Shown here one piece after another: positions 56,654 to 64,000 of a DNA stretch of 64,000 nucleotides. The notes beneath the pieces were generated by a model, which worked only from the letters and a program-made list of their open reading frames with translations, was not told where the DNA came from and did not search any database. Position numbers and translations under genes: made by a program. Where the stretch lies: positions 9,524 through 73,523 of the forward strand of contig CAYWPX010000005.1 in assembly GCA_964460615.1 (NCBI GenBank). Reading direction: 5' to 3'. Position 1 is the first letter of the stretch, and each line of letters begins with the position of its first letter. The stretch comes from an uncultured Planctomycetia bacterium (lineage in GTDB: Bacteria > Omnitrophota > Gorgyraeia > CAYWPX01).

Positions 56654-57893
56654 AGATCACAAAATCTTTGATTGCATTGTAGTAGGCGCAGGGCCGGCGG
56701 GCCTTATGGCAGCAATACGTGCAAGTGAGCTGGGTAAAAAAACTATTATACTTGAAAAAATGCACAACCCCGGACTTAAGTTATTAATATCCGGTAAAGG
56801 CAGATGCAACATTACAAATGTTAAGGAATTAGGGGATTTTATTGACTCTTTTGGAAAAAATGGCAAATTTCTTTATGGTGCATTTACCAGGTTTTTTACA
56901 AAAGATTTACTGAATTTTTTTGAAGAGAGGGGTATAGAATTTAACATAGAAAGAGGCGGAAGAGTTTTCCCTAAGTCTAACACAGCTTCAACCATACTTA
57001 ATTGCCTTTTAGATGAATTAAAAAAATTAGGCGTTAAGCTGTTACTAAAAACAAACGTCGTAGACATACTTGTTGTCAACGGCAAAGCTGAAGGCGTCGT
57101 TACTGAAAAAGGCGATACCTTTTATGCAAAATCCATAATAGTAACCTGCGGAGGCATGTCATACCCTTTAACAGGTTCTACCGGGGACGGTTATAAATTA
57201 GCAAAAAAATTAAAGCATACCATTGCACCGCCCAAACCATCATTAATAGGGCTCCATACAAAAGAAAAAGAACCTAAGGAGTGGCAAGGTGTCAATCTAA
57301 AAAATGTTGAGATATCATTATATATTGATGGAAAATTAAAACAATCTCTTTTTGGCGAAATGGTCTTTACTCATTTTGGTATCTCAGGACCTATAATTCT
57401 TCAGGTAAGCAAAAACGCACTAAATGGCCTTGAAAAAGGAGGAAAAGTTATTATTAAGCTGGACCTTAAACCGGCCCTTTCGGTTGACCAATTAGACGCA
57501 CGACTTATTAGAGATTTTAAAGAAATGGGCACTAAAATATTCAAAAATTATGCCAAGGAATTACTACCCTCAAAAATGATCAAAGACTTTGTAAAACTTA
57601 GCGAAATAGACCCTGACAAAAAAATTAATCAGATAACTCAATGCGAGCGACATGGGATCATAGATCTCCTTAAAAATATGAGATTTACTATTTGCGGCTC
57701 ACCCAATATAAGCGAAGCTATTATTACCAGCGGCGGCATAGAAACAAGTGAAATTAACCCCAAAACAATGGAATCAAAGCTTATAAAAGGGCTGTTTTTC
57801 GCTGGTGAGGTCATAGATGTAGACGGCATAACCGGTGGATACAACCTCCAGGCAGCCTTCTCTACGGGGTATGTAGCAGGGGAGTCTTCTTAA
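56646..57893 (+). CDS. HI0933-like NAD(P)/FAD-dependent flavoprotein
   Basis: FDCIVVGAGPAGLMAA Rossmann motif. HI0933-like pattern. Start at MIKDHK, 8-nt overlap with rlmN. Confidence 0.7.
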   Translation: MIKDHKIFDCIVVGAGPAGLMAAIRASELGKKTIILEKMHNPGLKLLISGKGRCNITNVKELGDFIDSFGKNGKFLYGAFTRFFTKDLLNFFEERGIEFNIERGGRVFPKSNTASTILNCLLDELKKLGVKLLLKTNVVDILVVNGKAEGVVTEKGDTFYAKSIIVTCGGMSYPLTGSTGDGYKLAKKLKHTIAPPKPSLIGLHTKEKEPKEWQGVNLKNVEISLYIDGKLKQSLFGEMVFTHFGISGPIILQVSKNALNGLEKGGKVIIKLDLKPALSVDQLDARLIRDFKEMGTKIFKNYAKELLPSKMIKDFVKLSEIDPDKKINQITQCERHGIIDLLKNMRFTICGSPNISEAIITSGGIETSEINPKTMESKLIKGLFFAGEVIDVDGITGGYNLQAAFSTGYVAGESS

Positions 57894-57915
57894 TAATGGC
57901 AGGGGAGAACCTTAT

Positions 57916-58518
57916 ATGAAAAAACTGATCTTAGCCTCAAAATCTAAAAGAAGAATAGCTATTTTGGCATCATTAAATATAGAATTTAAAACCTTTAAAA
58001 CCAAAAATTGGGAACTTAGATATGGCTTAAAGGCAAAGGACATGGTAATGGTCAATGCCCTGAATAAGGCCCTAGAAGCCTCAAAAACGCCTATTAATGC
58101 CATTATAATAGCTGCTGACACCATAATATATAAAAATGGCAAGATGCTTGGCAAACCGCGGACAAGGAAAGAAGCATTTAATATGCTAAAACTGCTAAGA
58201 AATAATGCTCATTATGTCTATACAGGCATAGCAATTATTGATAAGTACAAGAAAACTACATTGGTTGATTACCAAAAAAGTACTGTTATTTTTCGAGATT
58301 ATTCGCATAAAGAAATTTACAGATATTTAGCCAAAGAAATGGTATTCGATAAGGCCGGTGGATACAACCTGGGAAGCCTTGGAGCACTATTATACAGCAA
58401 TATACATGGATGCTATTACAATATATTAGGGCTGCCTTTACCTAAATTGGAAAATATGCTTAACCATGAAGGCCTGAGTCTTTTTGATTTTATGAAAAAC
58501 AAAAAAACCTTGACATAA
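57916..58518 (+). CDS. maf: Maf-like nucleoside-triphosphate pyrophosphatase
   Basis: LILASKSKRRIAIL N-terminus. Maf family pattern. Confidence 0.8.
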   Translation: MKKLILASKSKRRIAILASLNIEFKTFKTKNWELRYGLKAKDMVMVNALNKALEASKTPINAIIIAADTIIYKNGKMLGKPRTRKEAFNMLKLLRNNAHYVYTGIAIIDKYKKTTLVDYQKSTVIFRDYSHKEIYRYLAKEMVFDKAGGYNLGSLGALLYSNIHGCYYNILGLPLPKLENMLNHEGLSLFDFMKNKKTLT

Positions 58519-58570
58519 CTTTTTAATTGGGTTATATTTATATTATTAAACTATAAGGAGGTGAATTCAA

Positions 58571-58765
58571 ATGGCTAGAATTAAGATGAGCAGCACAACA
58601 ACAACTACTTCCTCCAATACTTCAAAGACAAAGAATGCAAGTGATGAAGTGGCAAAATTGGCATATCAATTTTTCGTAGAAAGAGGTTATAAGCACGGCC
58701 ACGATCAGGAGGATTGGTTAAGAGCTGAAAGGATTATTAAGGCAAGACGCTCAAACTGGAAGTAA
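58571..58765 (+). CDS. DUF2934-like small protein
   Basis: Thr/Ser-rich N-terminus, then AYQFFVERGYKHGHDQEDWLRAERII. Family name by recall only. Confidence 0.4.
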   Translation: MARIKMSSTTTTTSSNTSKTKNASDEVAKLAYQFFVERGYKHGHDQEDWLRAERIIKARRSNWK

Positions 58766-58862
58766 AAATATAAGGGTGTTTATATGTGTAATACCTGCGG
58801 ATGTCAGGGCAAAAAACCCCCAAAGAAATAAGCAATTTTATAAAATTCAAAAAAATTTTTAA

Positions 58863-58902
58863 GGGCAGGATATATAAATTATATTCTGCCTTTTATTTTT
58901 TT
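58863..58902. terminator. Bidirectional rho-independent terminator
   Basis: GGGCAGGATATA-aatt-ATATTCTGCC followed by TTTTATTTTTTT on + and by a T-run on -. Sits between the + DUF2934 unit and a small - strand ORF. Confidence 0.55.
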
Positions 58903-59020
58903 AAAGCCACCACCATGGGGTCAGGATCGGAATAGCGTTTGGGATAGGTATTGAAGCGCATCCGGAAACACCTAGAAGACAGGCCAAAATAACAATTATT
59001 AATAACATTCTTTTATTCAT
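58901..59020 (-). CDS. Small lipoprotein-like peptide (39 aa, MNKRMLLIIVILACLLGVSGCAS...PWWWL)
   Basis: ORF below the 60-aa track cutoff. Signal peptide plus lipobox (LGVSGC). Ends in the bidirectional terminator. Confidence 0.25.
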   Translation of the reverse strand: MNKRMLLIIVILACLLGVSGCASIPIPNAIPILTPWWWL

Positions 59021-59344
59021 ATTGCTATTATATACTAAACAACAAATAATTCAACAAAAAATTAAGGATGGCAACGGTCATTGAAATATTTGTACTGGAA
59101 GAACCAGTTAATTTACCGTGTTTGCCATCCTCAACATAAGTATACATTAGGAATTCAAAAAAATCAAGCCTACCAAGAAAATACAAAATAATCTAATACT
59201 GGGAAGATAACTTTTAAGCAGATAGGGTATATTTTATTTATCCACAGAATAATAAGATTTATCATAACTTATTTAAATTCAATATGTTATGCCATTATTC
59301 TACAATATCGTAGTTTACATAACATATATTATAGGACGTTAATA

Positions 59345-59380
59345 AACTATTATAAAAGGCATCGTCTTTAAGATGCCTCT
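59345..59380 (-). terminator. Terminator hairpin downstream of pckG (minus strand)
   Basis: AGGCATC-gtctttaa-GATGCCT stem, T-rich on the minus strand. Confidence 0.4.
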
Positions 59381-59416
59381 TATAAAATGCTGGCTTTTTG
59401 TGACAAATCCGGTTTT

Positions 59417-61198
59417 TTATGCGCTCTTATCTAAACGTTTCCTAAGAGCTTCATATTCACGCATAATTTCCTTAGGAAGCTTATTTTTGAATAGTGTAAA
59501 AAAATCTTTTAGGCTCTCAACTTCTTGTTTCCATTCATCTTTACGAATCTGGAAAAGCTTATTTTTTGTTTCCTCTTGCAATTTTAGGTCTGTCATATCA
59601 ATATCATCCCAATATGGTATATACCCTATGGGTGTTTTTTTGGCATCAACCTTGTTGTTGCATCTGGCCAAAATCCACTCCAAAACCCTCAAATTTTCGC
59701 CAAAACCCGGCCATAAATAATCTCCTTTTTCATCCTGTCTAAACCAGTTTACATGAAATATTTTAGGAGCCTTTTTCATCGATTTTCCCATATTTAACCA
59801 GTGTTTGAAATATGAGCCCATATTGTAACCGCAAAATGGGATCATAGCCATGGGATCGCGTCGCACCTGCCCCTGTGCACCATATTGAGCCGCGGTGATC
59901 TCTGATGCCATCGTGGCACCAAGATAAACGCCATGCTGCCAGTTGAACGCCTCATAAACTAATGGCGCTAAATGCGCACGCCTTCCGCCAAATATAATGG
60001 CCGAAATCGGAACACCATGCGGTTGATTGACCCTAAAAGAGACTGTTGGGCACTGATTTACTGGGGCTGTAAAACGGCTATTTGGATGAGCGCCTAGAAT
60101 AGCTTTGCCTTTATCATCCACCATACCAGGCCTCCAGGGCCTGCCTTCCCAATTAATCCCTTCCTGAGGAGCTTCGTCATCCGAACCCTCCCACCAGACA
60201 GTTTTATCCGGCTTAAGCAGCGCGTTGGTATAGATTGTATTTTTTTGTATTGTTTTTATTGCATTTGGATTTGACTTAGAATTTGTCCCTGGTAACACTC
60301 CAAAAAAACCACTCTCAGGATTTACTGCCCAAAGTGATCCATCCGTATCAACTCTCATCCAAGCTATATCGTCACCAACCGTCCAAATACGATATCCTTT
60401 CTTCTGCAATCCTTTAGGTGGGACTAACATAGCTAAATTTGTTTTACCGCAAGCGCTTGGAAAAGCAGCCGCAACGTACTCAATATGGCCATTTGGTTCC
60501 TCAATACCTAAAATCAGCATATGCTCAGCAAGCCAACCTTCTTTTTTGGCCATATAACTGGCGATCCTTAGCGAAAGACATTTTTTACCCAATAGAACAT
60601 TTCCTCCATATCCTGACCCAACACTCCATATGGTATTATCCTGAGGAAAATGCAAAATCATTCGACGATTAATATTAAGATCCGCCTTAGAATGCAAACA
60701 TTTTGTAAATTCTCCGTTTTCACCCAATGCTTCTAAAACATCCTTTCCGATTCTTGTCATTATGCGCATATTCAAAACCACATAAATACTATCTGTAAGC
60801 TCAACCCCTATCTTACTAAAGCGCGATCCTATGGGCCCCATAGAAAATGGTATAACATACATTGTTCGGCCCTTCATTGCATTCTTAAAAATAGCCCTGG
60901 CTTTATTATAGGCCTCTTTAGGACTCATCCAGTTATTTGTTGGCCCGGCTTCATCTTTTTTAGGTGTACATATAAAAGTAAGATGCTCTGTTCTTGCCAC
61001 ATCACTTGGGTCAGTCCTATGATAAAAACAACCCGGAAGCTTCTCTTGGTTGAGTTCAATTAATTCGCCTGTAGAACAAGCTTCTTTTTCCAAGCATCTT
61101 TTCTCTTCTTCGGTGCCGTCAATCCAAACAACCCTATCCGGTTGGCACATCTTAGCCATTTTTTTAACCCATGAATGCAATTTCTTGTGTTTAACCAT
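59417..61198 (-). CDS. pckG: Phosphoenolpyruvate carboxykinase (GTP)
   Basis: Full-length GTP-PEPCK pattern (VVWIDGTEEE, kinase-1a P-loop AFPSACGKTN, FGGRR). Start at MVKHKKLHSW with an AAGGGGA RBS. Confidence 0.9.
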   Translation of the reverse strand: MVKHKKLHSWVKKMAKMCQPDRVVWIDGTEEEKRCLEKEACSTGELIELNQEKLPGCFYHRTDPSDVARTEHLTFICTPKKDEAGPTNNWMSPKEAYNKARAIFKNAMKGRTMYVIPFSMGPIGSRFSKIGVELTDSIYVVLNMRIMTRIGKDVLEALGENGEFTKCLHSKADLNINRRMILHFPQDNTIWSVGSGYGGNVLLGKKCLSLRIASYMAKKEGWLAEHMLILGIEEPNGHIEYVAAAFPSACGKTNLAMLVPPKGLQKKGYRIWTVGDDIAWMRVDTDGSLWAVNPESGFFGVLPGTNSKSNPNAIKTIQKNTIYTNALLKPDKTVWWEGSDDEAPQEGINWEGRPWRPGMVDDKGKAILGAHPNSRFTAPVNQCPTVSFRVNQPHGVPISAIIFGGRRAHLAPLVYEAFNWQHGVYLGATMASEITAAQYGAQGQVRRDPMAMIPFCGYNMGSYFKHWLNMGKSMKKAPKIFHVNWFRQDEKGDYLWPGFGENLRVLEWILARCNNKVDAKKTPIGYIPYWDDIDMTDLKLQEETKNKLFQIRKDEWKQEVESLKDFFTLFKNKLPKEIMREYEALRKRLDKSA

Positions 61199-61319
61199 AT
61201 CAGATTTTCCCCTTATTATTATCATTTTAAGCGCTATATAATAACTTAATTATACCACAAAGTCAAAGAAAAAATATATAAGTTTTAATTGTTAATATAT
61301 GTGCTATAATAAATATATT

Positions 61320-63260
61320 ATGATACTGGATAGATTTCAAGAAGAAGCAATAAAGCACATTAAAAATGGCCATTCCGTACTGGTTTCTGCGCCTACCGGA
61401 GCCGGTAAAACCTTGATCGCTGAACGGGTTATTGAGGAATGCATTGAAAAAAATCTAAAGGCCATCTACACATCTCCCATAAAAGCCCTTTCAAACCAAA
61501 AATTTAGAGATTTTTCTAAATTATACGGAAACAAAGTCGGTATTCTTACCGGGGACGTCAGCATAAATCCTGATGCCGAGATACTTATCATGACCACTGA
61601 GATCTTTAGGAACAAAATACTTGAAAGCGCCTATCAGCTGGCTGAATATGGATGGATAATTTTTGATGAAATACATTATATAGATGACAGAGAACGCGGG
61701 ACTGTTTGGGAAGAATCTATAATGCTAATGCCGCCTCATATAAGGATCCTTGCTCTTAGCGCCACTATCCCAAATGTAGATGAACTAGCTGAGTGGATAT
61801 CCAAAGTCCACGATGTCCCTATTCATGTAGTTACAGAATCTACCCGGCCTGTTCCTTTAAAGGTTCTTTATAACTGCTCAAACAATGTACATAGAAATAT
61901 AAAAGAATTAGACCGCTACCGCAACGAATTCAGGACCCCCCAATCCGGTTTTTATAATAAAAGAAAATACCGCTATCACCACTCAAATATTGCTCCCAAT
62001 AGGATCGACACTCTATTGGAGTTTATTGAAAAAAACGGGGGTTTTCCCTGCATCTATTTTGCTTTTTCTCGCTCCAGATGTGAAGAACTTGCCAGCACAA
62101 TCGTTACAAAAAACTTTTTAACTACAAACGAGAACAAGGCGATCTTAAAATATTATGATGAGTTGGTAGAGAATTTTAACCTGCAAAATGAACGCACCGC
62201 TGCTTTTATGAGAGAGGCTGTAAGCCGCGGGGTCGCATATCATCATGCTGGACTCCTCCCTACCCTGAAAGAAGTGATAGAGAGGTTATTTACTTCGAGG
62301 TTATTAAAGATAATATTTACGACTGAGACATTCGCCCTTGGTATAAATATGCCTGCGAGATCTGTTATATTTGACGAAATAAGAAAGCGCTATGGGGAAA
62401 ACTTTGCAACCCTTAGAGTCAGAGATTTTAACCAAATGGCCGGCAGAGCCGGCAGGCGCGGAATCGATGAAGCCGGATTTGTTTATCTGAGGATAAACCC
62501 GCGCATGCTAGGTTTGGAAGAGATAAAAAGACTTATGTTCGGCAAGCCGGAACGAGTCGCCAGTCAGTTTAACTCCGGCTACGCTACAATATTGAATCTC
62601 TATAGAAAATATGGTGAGAAGCTTTATGATATTTACCCTTCAAGCTTTCATTTCCACCAATCAAACCCAAAAAGAAGATCCGAAGCTACAAACCATTTTA
62701 TGCAAAAAGTTAAGCTTCTTAAAGAGATGGGTTATATTGATGAAAAAGGCCTCACTGAAAAAGGACAATTTGCCTCAGAAATTCACGGTTACGAACTCCC
62801 AATAACCGAGCTTTACCATAATGACTATTTAAGCGGGCTATCCCCCGTTGCACTTTGTATAATCGTCGGTTCTCTCATCTATGAACCTCGTAAAAATCAG
62901 GATGAACCGCCTTTATCAAAAATAGCCCGGGATCTCAAGAGAATTGCCTGGGAAAACGCTAATAATATAAAAAGTATGGAGAGGAATTTTAAACTACAAC
63001 TTGAATCTAAATATCCCTACTTTCATGTTTCAAACGCCATAGAAGCCTTCATGGCAGGGAAAAACTTCTCTGAATTATTTAAAATCACCAGCATCGATGA
63101 AGGAGAATTGGTTAAAATATTTAGAGCTATTATTCAGGTCCTAAGAGAAATATCACACTCACCTAGCGTTTCAAGCTCACTAAAAAATACCGCCTATAGA
63201 GCTATCGAACAATTAAATAGAGATGTAGTCGACGCAGAAAGAGAACTCCGCTATAGTTAA
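61320..63260 (+). CDS. Ski2-like DExH-box helicase
   Basis: Motif I APTGAGKT, motif II FDEIHYIDDRERG (DEIH), motif VI QMAGRAGRRG. Confidence 0.75.
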   Translation: MILDRFQEEAIKHIKNGHSVLVSAPTGAGKTLIAERVIEECIEKNLKAIYTSPIKALSNQKFRDFSKLYGNKVGILTGDVSINPDAEILIMTTEIFRNKILESAYQLAEYGWIIFDEIHYIDDRERGTVWEESIMLMPPHIRILALSATIPNVDELAEWISKVHDVPIHVVTESTRPVPLKVLYNCSNNVHRNIKELDRYRNEFRTPQSGFYNKRKYRYHHSNIAPNRIDTLLEFIEKNGGFPCIYFAFSRSRCEELASTIVTKNFLTTNENKAILKYYDELVENFNLQNERTAAFMREAVSRGVAYHHAGLLPTLKEVIERLFTSRLLKIIFTTETFALGINMPARSVIFDEIRKRYGENFATLRVRDFNQMAGRAGRRGIDEAGFVYLRINPRMLGLEEIKRLMFGKPERVASQFNSGYATILNLYRKYGEKLYDIYPSSFHFHQSNPKRRSEATNHFMQKVKLLKEMGYIDEKGLTEKGQFASEIHGYELPITELYHNDYLSGLSPVALCIIVGSLIYEPRKNQDEPPLSKIARDLKRIAWENANNIKSMERNFKLQLESKYPYFHVSNAIEAFMAGKNFSELFKITSIDEGELVKIFRAIIQVLREISHSPSVSSSLKNTAYRAIEQLNRDVVDAERELRYS

Positions 63261-63261
63261 T

Positions 63262-63546
63262 TTAGTTATCCCGTATATTTTTTATAAATATTATCTTGCC
63301 GTTAATCAGAGCATCTGCAATAACTTGTCTTGATTTTTTTAGGATTCTACCGAATGTCTGCCTGGAGATTCTCATCGATTTTGACGCTTCATCCTGACCC
63401 AATCCTATCAAATCAACTAATCTTAAAGCCTCATACTCCTCAAGCCTTAAAATAACATAATTTGGCCGGCCGCGGCTACCACGCGGACTAAATTTAATTA
63501 CTTTCGGTGATTTCTCTATAAACCTTGGTTTTAACGGCCGAGACAT
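63262..63546 (-). CDS. DUF134/UPF0251-family predicted DNA-binding protein
   Basis: MSRPLKPRFIEKSPKV...ILRLEEYEALRLVDLIGLGQDEASKSMRISRQTFGRILKKSR matches the DUF134 HTH pattern. Confidence 0.6.
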   Translation of the reverse strand: MSRPLKPRFIEKSPKVIKFSPRGSRGRPNYVILRLEEYEALRLVDLIGLGQDEASKSMRISRQTFGRILKKSRQVIADALINGKIIFIKNIRDN

Positions 63547-63706
63547 TAAAGCCCCTTTCTATATAAAAACAAACGTAACTCTTTTATTTAACAATACTTA
63601 TGAACAAAATACCTATTTTATTAAATCTATTTTTAAGTTATCCACAAGAATTAATTATGAGCATTTGCTCAAAATATTTTAAAAAAACAAGAAATATTTT
63701 TTTAAA

Positions 63707-64000
63707 TTATTTTTTGATAACTGTCCTGATCGGGAAAGGTATTACAATATTCTCTTTATTGTACCTTTTGTGGAGAAGTTTTATAAATTCATGTTTTATA
63801 AGATACTGATCTGTAAATTCTTTACCTCTTAAAATCACGGTAAAATCAATGCTGAAATAGTTGAATTTATTAAACCTTATAAAGGGCTCAAAATCGGGTA
63901 CGCCGCCATTTACTTTTTTCATAACCTCTTTTGCAACTTCGCACGTTACCTTTTCAACTTTTTCAAGGTCGCTGGCATAATCCACGCCCACATTGACCAA
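63707..64000 (-). CDS. Mechanosensitive channel MscS-family protein, C-terminal part (gene continues beyond the window end)
   Basis: C-terminal beta domain pattern of MscS (VGVDYASDLEKV...RFNKFNYFSIDFTV...IPFPIRTV). No start codon inside the window. Confidence 0.55.
   Translation of the reverse strand: MVNVGVDYASDLEKVEKVTCEVAKEVMKKVNGGVPDFEPFIRFNKFNYFSIDFTVILRGKEFTDQYLIKHEFIKLLHKRYNKENIVIPFPIRTVIKK

Noticed and set aside
59373-59720. 115-aa + strand ORF opposite the 3' end of pckG
   Set aside because: Antisense to a full-length, highly conserved GTP-PEPCK. No RBS or recognisable domain.

Overview
This is an AT-rich ~64 kb stretch of bacterial chromosome. Most genes lie on the + strand in tightly packed, often translationally coupled runs. 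Housekeeping content: znuABC-type metal uptake, a groES-groEL operon with a CIRCE-like operator, dnaE, aroA, coaX, def, cspA, rlmN, maf, a four-subunit pyruvate/2-oxoacid:ferredoxin oxidoreductase (porCDAB), GTP-dependent PEP carboxykinase, and a Ski2-like helicase. A prepilin-type DUF1559 (H-X9-DG) protein, the 4-subunit POR, GTP-PEPCK and heavy PilZ usage together suggest an uncultivated anaerobe of the PVC group (Omnitrophota/Planctomycetota-like). I am inferring this, not demonstrating it.

Two regions stand out:

(1) 3.6-17.1 kb. Essentially every intergenic gap between cell-envelope, secreted and lipid-active genes (metzincin protease, TPR protein, an 813-aa secreted protein, a patatin lipoprotein, an AsmA/YdbH-like + YdbL-like pair, a DUF1559 pseudopilin) is filled by a mosaic family of comparatively GC-rich repeats. 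These repeats are built from diverged tandem heptamers (AGCTCAT x3, CCGTACN x3, AGCTGAT-like x4, NNACAGG x2) and nested palindromes. At least one hairpin shows a compensatory base change between copies.

(2) 36-50 kb. A second-messenger cluster carries six PilZ-domain proteins. It also carries a three-domain cNMP-binding / degenerate ParA-like / patatin phospholipase preceded by a stand-alone RAM-domain mini-protein, a STAS-PilZ fusion, an S9-like alpha/beta hydrolase whose catalytic Ser is replaced by Gly (GWGYGGY), and a ParA/MinD ATPase fused to a CBM48 glycogen-binding domain.

I recognised no rRNA, tRNA, CRISPR array, transposase or integrase.
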